Of a stretch of DNA of 38,062 nt, positions 1-6,248 are shown one piece after another. Made by a program: the position numbers and the translations under genes. This DNA is from a virus (Duplodnaviria; Caudoviricetes): positions 1-38,062 of the IMG/VR virus record IMGVR_UViG_3300020044_003096. One strand, written 5' to 3'. The stretch's first letter is position 1, and every line of letters begins with the position of its first letter. The notes under the pieces were generated by a model. It searched no databases, was not told the DNA's origin, and was given only the letters and a program-made list of their open reading frames with translations.

Positions 1-348
1 ACAGTTTTGACAACAACCGAATCCGCCCCACTTTTTCCGAACTCAGCCGAATCGGCCTGCCCCTAGGTAGTGTTGCGATGTTCATTCAATCTAGGTGTTG
101 GATATCGATTCGTCAACAGGGCATTTTGACAAAACTCAAATAAGCTAGAATCGGGTAAGCTTGACAAAGTATAAAGGAATCGCATGTGCGCGAGTAACAG
201 ATATTTATTTATTGTCAATAGCATTGTTTCACTTGACGAATCGATATCCAACACCTAGATTGAATGAACATCGCAACACTACCTAGGGGCAGGCCGATTC
301 GGCTGAGTTCGCAAAAAGTGGGGAGGATTCGGTTGTTGTCAAAACTGT
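1..348. repeat. 116-bp inverted repeat (arms 1-116 and 233-348) around a 116-bp unique spacer
   Basis: The reverse complement of 1-116 matches 233-348 at 114/116 positions (mismatches at 25/324 and 37/312). The left arm runs to the window edge and may be longer. Confidence 0.95.
233..261 (+). promoter_or_regulatory. sigma70-type promoter at the inner end of the right repeat arm (mirror copy at 88-116 on - strand)
   Basis: TTGACG-17 bp-TAGATT. GAATC abuts the -35 and CCAACACC precedes the -10. Confidence 0.6.
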
Positions 349-364
349 AACACGAGTCCGTGAG

Positions 365-490
365 TCGTGATTATTAAATAAATCAGACTCAATTAAGAAA
401 TAAAATAATCACGATTATTCCGCTAGATATTCCGCTGATAGCGGTATCACGACTATTCCGACCGTGATTTGGGTGTTAGCGCTATCACGA
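365..490. repeat. iteron-like short repeats (ATCACGA, TATTCCG) next to an AT-rich tract
   Basis: ATCACGA at 408, 446 and 484 (38-bp spacing), inverted copy TCGTGAT at 365, TATTCCG at 416, 428 and 454, AT-rich 371-409. Confidence 0.6.
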
Positions 491-659
491 CAAGATCGGT
501 CGGGATTAGATCAAAACAGGGTTTACTCCCCCTAGTGGAAAAAGCTCATGAAATACAAGCTTACCCACCCGAGGAAATTTGTGGGGTAATCCCCACCAGC
601 GAAATTTCTGCATATAAACGTTTGTTTCCTGTAATGCCTACGAGGGAATTTGCAGAAAC

Positions 660-688
660 TTGACTTTTTAATACCAACACACTATGTA
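660..688 (+). promoter_or_regulatory. promoter upstream of HNH gene
   Basis: TTGACT-17 bp-TATGTA with CCAACACAC before the -10; RBS GAGGA at about 708. Confidence 0.55.
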
Positions 689-719
689 TCTTTAATAACC
701 CCACCGAGAGGAAAAGTTC

Positions 720-1304
720 ATGGATAAAGATACCATAAAAACCCTAGTAAAAGAGAGAGTTAGTTACGACCCAATTTCAGGAGAACTCACTTGGAAAGAA
801 CGTGACAAATCTCTACACTGTTATGAATGGTTTAATGAAAACAAGGCAGGTAAGTCTTGTTGTAGCATAAATATTTCTAAGGCAGATGGATATAAATCGA
901 AAAGATTTATTATAGAATATAAAGGGGAAAAGATTCGTGTAGTTTCTGCAAGAGCAGCTTGGTTGCTTATGACTGGAGATTGGCCTAAACATACAATTGA
1001 TCACATAAATAAGGATTCCCTTGATAATAGATGGGTAAACCTTAGAGATGTAACACAAGCTGAAAATAATAAGAATAAAGGTTCTTACTCTTCAAATAAA
1101 ACAGGTTATAAAGGGGTTAGCTTACATAATGGTAGGTATTGGGCAAGAGTTTCATATAAAGGCGAGACTTACAGGTTAGGTCACTACGAAACACCTGAAG
1201 AAGCGCATAATGTTTGTGAACAAAAAAGAAAGGCATTAAGTAATTTACACGAATGTAAGATGCGAGAAAATTCTCTTGACGAATCATTTAACATCTGTCA
1301 TTAA
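720..1304 (+). CDS. HNH homing endonuclease with C-terminal AP2-like DNA-binding domain
   Basis: IDHINKDSLDNRWVNLR (HNH_3 type), NKTGYKGV...YWARV...RLGHYETPEEA (AP2-like), N-terminal YDPISGELTW. Confidence 0.9.
   Translation: MDKDTIKTLVKERVSYDPISGELTWKERDKSLHCYEWFNENKAGKSCCSINISKADGYKSKRFIIEYKGEKIRVVSARAAWLLMTGDWPKHTIDHINKDSLDNRWVNLRDVTQAENNKNKGSYSSNKTGYKGVSLHNGRYWARVSYKGETYRLGHYETPEEAHNVCEQKRKALSNLHECKMRENSLDESFNICH
1276..1304 (+). promoter_or_regulatory. early promoter overlapping the 3' end of the HNH gene
   Basis: TTGACG-17 bp-CATTAA. Starts with the same CTTGACGAATC as the promoter at 233. GGAGG RBS at 1330. Confidence 0.5.
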
Positions 1305-1339
1305 GACTGCAACGAACACAGACACTCTTGGAGGAAAGC

Positions 1340-1615
1340 ATGGAATATATCACTGTATATGTTGATGACACTAACGGCAATGAGCTTGAAGTCCTTTGTG
1401 GTATTACTGAACACGGTAAGGGTAAATGGACCTATTGGTCTGATACTGGCAATGAGTTTGAGGAAATCCGTCAACCTAAGTTCTCTGTTGATGAGATCAT
1501 TGACCATGAAGGTAATGTTGTTCGTATGCTTACAGCAGATCAGATGGATGTTGTCTATGAGAAGTTCATGGAACAATACTGGGAAAACTATGTTGATGGT
1601 AAATATAGTTTCTAG
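1340..1615 (+). CDS. hypothetical acidic early protein
   Basis: ORF with GGAGG RBS just before ATG 1340. Confidence 0.75.
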   Translation: MEYITVYVDDTNGNELEVLCGITEHGKGKWTYWSDTGNEFEEIRQPKFSVDEIIDHEGNVVRMLTADQMDVVYEKFMEQYWENYVDGKYSF

Positions 1616-1644
1616 TTGACAGACCTATCAGAATCAGTTACAAG
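1616..1644 (+). promoter_or_regulatory. early promoter
   Basis: TTGACA-17 bp-TACAAG, intergenic, GAATC at 1631. Confidence 0.6.
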
Positions 1645-1678
1645 AAATCATACAGCAACCACGTTGGAGTAACCTAAG

Positions 1679-1954
1679 ATGACCGTAGACACTCTTGACC
1701 TACTCTCTGACCAAACTGTCTTGTCCTTGATTGAAGCTAAAGGGACTAAGATTGCTACCGTAGAGTTCATTAAAGCTGATGGCTCTGTTCGTGTAGCTAA
1801 CGGACTCTTTAAGCCCTCCAGTCATATCATTGGTTCTGAACGTGGTTATCGTCAAGGACAGGACATGAAAGAGAAAGGACTCATTCCCTTCTATGATCTT
1901 AAGAAGAAAGCTTGGATCAGCTTCTACAAACACAAAGTCCTTGACATTCGGTAA
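1679..1954 (+). CDS. small SH3/Sm-like (WYL_2/DUF2693-like) phage protein
   Basis: ATVEFIKADGSVRVANG...IPFYDLKKKAWISF pattern; GGAG RBS. Confidence 0.65.
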   Translation: MTVDTLDLLSDQTVLSLIEAKGTKIATVEFIKADGSVRVANGLFKPSSHIIGSERGYRQGQDMKEKGLIPFYDLKKKAWISFYKHKVLDIR

Positions 1955-1969
1955 TGAATCATATATAAG
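1941..1969 (+). promoter_or_regulatory. early promoter
   Basis: TTGACA-17 bp-TATAAG, GAATC at 1956 (same offset as in the 1616 promoter). Confidence 0.65.
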
Positions 1970-2006
1970 CATCTGAAATTAACTACAAAAGACTCAAGGA
2001 AAATCA

Positions 2007-2231
2007 ATGTATTTTGAGTTTAATCCCCAAGTAAAGGAAATCTTGATGGGTTACAAAGACAAAACTTGGTGCATGAGTGACTGCACTAACACTGATTGCT
2101 TCCGTAACTTTACTGACAAAGACCGGGAACAAGCTATTAAATGGTGGGGTAATGATACCTTTCCAATTGCAATGCGAGATTATTCAAAGGAGTGTGAAGA
2201 TTACAAACCATGTCCACTAAACGAAAAGTAA
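2007..2231 (+). CDS. hypothetical Cys-containing protein
   Basis: ORF with AAGGA RBS; YKDKTWC..DC.NTDCFR motif. Confidence 0.7.
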   Translation: MYFEFNPQVKEILMGYKDKTWCMSDCTNTDCFRNFTDKDREQAIKWWGNDTFPIAMRDYSKECEDYKPCPLNEK

Positions 2232-2692
2232 AGATCAAGACGGTTTTGATCTATATTGCAGCAATGATCTTTGGGTTGTTTGTAGCCCTAATCTCAGAGT
2301 TGAAAGCTGAGACTGTTTCCACTGTCATCATTAAACATGATCTTGGTGGCAGTATTGAACAACGGATTATTGATATTAATAAATTATATGGTAAGAAGGT
2401 AGTCATTGATGGTGTCTGTGCATCTTCTTGCACTATGTTGTTGAAGATTGCTTGTGTCACTAACAAATCTAAGCTATACTTTCATGGACCTTCTTCTCAG
2501 TTCTTTGGAGTAGGTTTGCCACAAAAAGAATTTGACAAATGGTCTAATGTTATGGCAAATTACTATCCTAATCGAATCAAAGAAAAGTTCTTGACTGAAT
2601 GGCGATATACGACAGTAGGAACCATTATGATTACTGGTAAAGATGCAATCAAACTTTATGGGGTGAATAAGTGTCAAACAAACTTTTTTTGA
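2210..2692 (+). CDS. exported or membrane-anchored ClpP/crotonase-like protein
   Basis: N-terminal hydrophobic segment; DLGGS, IDGVCASSCTM and LYFHGP motifs resemble ClpP-fold peptidase-like families. Confidence 0.6.
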   Translation: MSTKRKVKIKTVLIYIAAMIFGLFVALISELKAETVSTVIIKHDLGGSIEQRIIDINKLYGKKVVIDGVCASSCTMLLKIACVTNKSKLYFHGPSSQFFGVGLPQKEFDKWSNVMANYYPNRIKEKFLTEWRYTTVGTIMITGKDAIKLYGVNKCQTNFF

Positions 2693-2772
2693 CCTTGATT
2701 ATTTTTATCCTTTCTATTGGCGTAGGTAGTTTAGGGTATGAGGTATATGATGCAATCTACATTATTCAATGA
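2671..2772 (+). CDS. small membrane protein (33 aa, GTG start)
   Basis: Read manually as MSNKLFLTLIIFILSIGVGSLGYEVYDAIYIIQ; fills the gap between neighbours. Confidence 0.45.
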   Translation: MSNKLFLTLIIFILSIGVGSLGYEVYDAIYIIQ

Positions 2773-2782
2773 GTATATCCAA

Positions 2783-3040
2783 ATGAGTGAAACTCGGAAT
2801 AGGATTAGACTTGCAGTAGCAGCTTATGCCTATGAATACGAATCTGATAGCATTATGTCTGATGCAGATTTTGATGAATTAAGCTACAAAATCATCCCAC
2901 AGCTTGAGACTGGTAATCCTATGCTAGATACCTTCTTTCGAGAAGAGTTTACACCTTGCACTGGACAATGGGTAACTAAACATCCAGAGAAAGATAAGCT
3001 TAAATATATCTATCACACAACCTTCAAAGGAAGAAAGTAA
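2783..3040 (+). CDS. stand-alone protein resembling the N-terminal (Ia) domain of NAD-dependent DNA ligase
   Basis: RLAVAAYAYEYESDSIMSDADFDEL resembles the LigA Ia motif (YY..D.P.I.D..YD.L). Start may be upstream at 2738. Confidence 0.6.
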   Translation: MSETRNRIRLAVAAYAYEYESDSIMSDADFDELSYKIIPQLETGNPMLDTFFREEFTPCTGQWVTKHPEKDKLKYIYHTTFKGRK

Positions 3041-3361
3041 ATGACCGACTATAACGATGGACTTATCCACGGTTGGAACGGCGGCGACTGCCCAGTGCAT
3101 CCTGAGAGCAAGGTGGAGTATTGGGTGCGCGCAGGTGTAACCGGGACACGCGTCGCAGGCAATCTATTCTGGGAAAATGATGGGGAGGCTCACAACATCA
3201 TCGCCTTCCGCGTCATTGAACAGTATGTCGAACCTAAGACGATCTGGGTGAATGAATATAAGAGCCACAAGACCATGTATGATACACAAGATGAGGCAAA
3301 AAGTTATGCTGGAAGTGGGGCCATCCGCGTCGCTGTTGAATTTCGTGAGGTGAAGAAATGA
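3041..3361 (+). CDS. hypothetical phage protein
   Basis: HGWNGGDCPVHPESKV motif; visibly GC-richer codons than flanking genes. Confidence 0.75.
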   Translation: MTDYNDGLIHGWNGGDCPVHPESKVEYWVRAGVTGTRVAGNLFWENDGEAHNIIAFRVIEQYVEPKTIWVNEYKSHKTMYDTQDEAKSYAGSGAIRVAVEFREVKK

Positions 3362-4050
3362 GCGATGATACCCCAAAACTCGCAGGGCAAGCTATTGAAT
3401 ACCTTAACCGCATCGAAGCACTTGAACTCGCCCTGACCCAATCCCGCGCTGAAACCGCTGTTTTGGTGGAGGCATGGGAGCATTTTTGCAAGGGAACCTC
3501 GTGTTTTGAGGGGGATTTCGAGCCTATGGAAGATGCCATCAGTACTCTACTAGCCACCCCTGAGCAATCCGCAGCACTGGATGCCGTGATTTCAGAGAAG
3601 CTGAAAGAAAATGCCAAAGGCATAGCAGAGCCTTGCCCTTGCACTTTGATAGAGCAGGACGAAAGTTGTCCAGTTGGGTATCCGTCTCTATTGTGCAGTA
3701 TCTGCCAAGGAACTGGCAACACTACGTCTGACAAAGTGACAGCTTTAGCTTGTGAAATGCTTAAAATAGCTAATGACTTGGGAGAGGCGGAAGATCCTTT
3801 TGCTGCGTGGGAGGTAATTGTTTCGTTGCAGGAAGAAGCGCAACTTCAAAACGCCATGAAAGCTGAGGCACGGGCGCAGGGGATGCGTGAGGCGGCAGAA
3901 GCCTGCACAAACATCATTAAAAACTATGACTGCATGAAAGCTGACGGGGAAACCTATCAGCCAATGTGGGTGCAGAAAGTCGCCAAAGGCATGGTTTCGA
4001 TTGCCCGCCAAGACATCCTCGCCGCCATCCAGAAAGGCGAACAGAAATGA
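3358..4050 (+). CDS. hypothetical mosaic protein with Cys cluster (CPC...C...CSIC.G.G)
   Basis: ATGA overlap with upstream gene; GAGGTG RBS. Confidence 0.75.
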   Translation: MSDDTPKLAGQAIEYLNRIEALELALTQSRAETAVLVEAWEHFCKGTSCFEGDFEPMEDAISTLLATPEQSAALDAVISEKLKENAKGIAEPCPCTLIEQDESCPVGYPSLLCSICQGTGNTTSDKVTALACEMLKIANDLGEAEDPFAAWEVIVSLQEEAQLQNAMKAEARAQGMREAAEACTNIIKNYDCMKADGETYQPMWVQKVAKGMVSIARQDILAAIQKGEQK

Positions 4051-4367
4051 CCACACCAGAACGTATTTGGCACGAACGTGTGCAGGCTATCCCAGACGTC
4101 GAGTATCACGTCACAGCACTTGAGCCGTTTGTCGGAGGAACCGAATACACCCGCGCCGACCTGCACGACGCCACCAAGGAGCAACTAGAGAAATCTTGGC
4201 AAACGTGTCTTGCCGCAACAAACAGAGGGATGATTGCAGAGCGCAAACTGGCGAAGGCGGTGGAGGCGCTGCGTGCCGCAGACAGTTACCTCGCCAAAGG
4301 GCATGACAAAATGGCCCACAATATCACCCGCTCCGTGCTGGCCGAGATTGAGAAAGGCAGGGTGTGA
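4047..4367 (+). CDS. hypothetical phage protein (MTTPERIW...EYTRADL type)
   Basis: ATGA-coupled start at 4047 inside the 3966 ORF. Confidence 0.7.
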   Translation: MTTPERIWHERVQAIPDVEYHVTALEPFVGGTEYTRADLHDATKEQLEKSWQTCLAATNRGMIAERKLAKAVEALRAADSYLAKGHDKMAHNITRSVLAEIEKGRV

Positions 4368-4510
4368 TGACTGTTAGCATAGAGAGCAAAATACAAGCGC
4401 TAGAGATAGCTGTTTCTGTGCTTAAGATGACGCGCTGCCCGTATGGAGAATGGCCAAGTGTAAGGATTTTACAGAAAATGATCCAAGAATTGAAAGGTGA
4501 ACTGAAATGA
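4367..4510 (+). CDS. hypothetical protein (47 aa)
   Basis: Read manually as MTVSIESKIQALEIA...; stop/start overlaps on both sides. Confidence 0.55.
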   Translation: MTVSIESKIQALEIAVSVLKMTRCPYGEWPSVRILQKMIQELKGELK

Positions 4511-4719
4511 ACTCTGAAGAAATCTCAGAAGAATGGGAAGACTGGACTGAAGGTGCTTTCAGCGTATTGCCTGAAGAAGCCTCTTTCATTGAAGTAGTAA
4601 CTGCTGCTTATATGTTGTTGAAGATGTATGATATTTCTATTGACTTAGCATGTGAAGGTATGCTAGAAGCATTTCAACAAGATGTTGATCTTGTTCCTAA
4701 GAACTACAAACTTAACTGA
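4507..4719 (+). CDS. hypothetical acidic protein
   Basis: Coupled ORF with AAGGTG RBS. Confidence 0.7.
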   Translation: MNSEEISEEWEDWTEGAFSVLPEEASFIEVVTAAYMLLKMYDISIDLACEGMLEAFQQDVDLVPKNYKLN

Positions 4720-4731
4720 AGGAGATTTATA

Positions 4732-4932
4732 ATGCTATCTAAAGAACAAGCAGCTATTATTGGAGCTTATACTGGATACGCTTGTGGTTTGTTTTCAGAC
4801 ATACATGAATATGCAGAGAAAAAGTTTGGCCACCCTATCCTAAGTCACCAGTTTGGAGATAAAGACTTTATGGAAAAACTTCGTTTGTTGGCAAAAGAAG
4901 ATTTCATTAATCTTTGTTACAAAGGGGTTTAA
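4732..4932 (+). CDS. hypothetical phage protein
   Basis: AAGGAG RBS; AAIIGAYTGY...F.DIHEYAE pattern. Confidence 0.75.
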   Translation: MLSKEQAAIIGAYTGYACGLFSDIHEYAEKKFGHPILSHQFGDKDFMEKLRLLAKEDFINLCYKGV

Positions 4933-4938
4933 GTTTCA

Positions 4939-5298
4939 ATGATTGGCGTTATGTGTCTAGCTATGAACATCTACTTCGAAGCTCGTAATCAACCTATTGA
5001 TGGTCAGATGATGGTTGCTGAGGTTACTCTTAACCGTGTTCAACAATCAAAGGAACCTACATCAATTTGTAATGAAGTGTGGAAGGATAGACAGTTTAGC
5101 TGGACACATGACGGTAAGTCAGATAAACCACAACTAGACAGTGCCTTCTATACAGCCATCCTAGTAGCCTCTGAAGCTATGGAAGGGGAAACCCTACACA
5201 CTGGGGCTACACACTACCACAACACCTCTGTAGAGCCTGTATGGGCAAAGGATATGATTGTGTTAGGTAAGTATGGTGATCACATATTCTATAAGTAG
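4939..5298 (+). CDS. cell wall hydrolase, SleB/Hydrolase_2 family
   Basis: CLAMNIYFEARNQ, VAEVTLNRV, QFSW, GATHYH, GDHIFY. Confidence 0.9.
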   Translation: MIGVMCLAMNIYFEARNQPIDGQMMVAEVTLNRVQQSKEPTSICNEVWKDRQFSWTHDGKSDKPQLDSAFYTAILVASEAMEGETLHTGATHYHNTSVEPVWAKDMIVLGKYGDHIFYK

Positions 5299-5326
5299 TT
5301 CACTCTGCAAACAGAAAGGAAATATA

Positions 5327-5509
5327 ATGGTCTTGAACTTTCCTGTAGACAAATACAGTTTTGAATGGTATAAGAGTGAATGTGATTGTTGTGGTAAGTT
5401 GTCCGATGAAACTACAATGATTCGAACTGAACTAGGACACGTGATCTGTTCACTTTGCAACAACAATGAAGACGATAACTTTGTAGAGGATGAAAACTAT
5501 GACGAATGA
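5327..5509 (+). CDS. small zinc-finger protein
   Basis: CDCCG...ICSLC; AAGGA RBS before ATG 5327. Confidence 0.6.
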   Translation: MVLNFPVDKYSFEWYKSECDCCGKLSDETTMIRTELGHVICSLCNNNEDDNFVEDENYDE

Positions 5510-5873
5510 AGTTAAGTTTAATGAAGATGATTATGTTTGGAGTGAAGATACTTCTGGTATCATCTCTGAGTATGATGTTATTAAAACAATTACTACTACT
5601 AAATATGGTGAATCTTCTATTATCCTTGTTGGTAAGAAAAAACAACCAAATAAGATTGAAGTTGGTAAAGTCTATACTACAAAAAATGGCTATGAATGGC
5701 TTTGTATTACGCAACTACTAGGATTTAGCTATCTTGTAGGCATCTGCGAAGAGAAAATCATGGAAGGTTCTACAGCATACACTTGGTATGAATCTGGTGA
5801 AAGCCGTAGCTTAAATCCTGACTTCAATATTGACTGGTCTGTAGAACCTGTAGAAATGGAGATCACTGAATGA
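5499..5873 (+). CDS. hypothetical protein
   Basis: GAGGA RBS; KIEVGKVYTTKNG motif. Confidence 0.7.
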   Translation: MTNEVKFNEDDYVWSEDTSGIISEYDVIKTITTTKYGESSIILVGKKKQPNKIEVGKVYTTKNGYEWLCITQLLGFSYLVGICEEKIMEGSTAYTWYESGESRSLNPDFNIDWSVEPVEMEITE

Positions 5874-5974
5874 TCTATAATCTGAAGATGTCTTATGGTA
5901 ATGATGATTGGATGGACTACTTTGATGTAGATCAGTATATTGATTATCAATACCTTTTTGAGTATGACTACTGA
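5870..5974 (+). CDS. short Asp/Tyr-rich peptide (34 aa)
   Basis: ATGA overlap, GGAG upstream; MIYNLKMSYGNDDWMDYFDVDQYIDYQYLFEYDY. Confidence 0.45.
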   Translation: MIYNLKMSYGNDDWMDYFDVDQYIDYQYLFEYDY

Positions 5975-5977
5975 AGG

Positions 5978-6160
5978 TTAAAGGTTCCCCTTCTTGGTAT
6001 AGAATATATACAGCAATAGATAATATTACTTATAGAGTATAGATATACTATCTAGAATAGATATACTTATAGATAATCAATATCTTTATTGGGATATACT
6101 GGGCGGGGGAACCTTTAAGTAATATGGATGTAGGATTTGCTATTTCAAGTCTACCTACAA
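5978..6160. repeat. non-coding AT-rich element, copy 1 (candidate origin or ncRNA)
   Basis: 5999-6022 is identical to 30177-30200, and 6060-6160 matches 30201-30301 at 92/101. A 13-bp perfect inverted repeat lies at 5978-5990/6106-6118. Confidence 0.9.
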
Positions 6161-6172
6161 AATAAACTTATT

Positions 6173-6222
6173 AGTGTGACAAAAATATCACACTTGATAT
6201 TGCTATACCTACACCCTATCTT
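6173..6222 (+). promoter_or_regulatory. promoter for the replication operon with overlapping palindromic operator
   Basis: TTGATA(6194)-17 bp-TATCTT with CCTACACCC; palindrome AGTGTGA-N8-TCACACT at 6173-6194. Confidence 0.6.
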
Positions 6223-6248
6223 GACTACTTGTCTTATGGAGCGAAGAA

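Noticed and set aside
126-151. TTGACA...TAGAAT as a promoter
   Set aside because: The spacing is only 14 bp, too short for sigma70.
63-254. 63-aa ORF on - strand
   Set aside because: It lies within the inverted repeat and promoter region, has no RBS, and the sequence looks non-coding.
365-490. Possible CRISPR-like mini-array
   Set aside because: The repeats are only 7-15 bp, the intervening DNA is itself repetitive, and no cas genes are present.
469-663. 64-aa ORF with TTG start
   Set aside because: No RBS and it overlaps repeat-rich regulatory DNA; not supportable.
3234-3734. Long antisense ORFs here and at 6234-6695, 6804-7286, 12063-12545, 19132-19614 and 20834-21298
   Set aside because: They lie opposite well-supported genes and have no motifs or RBS.
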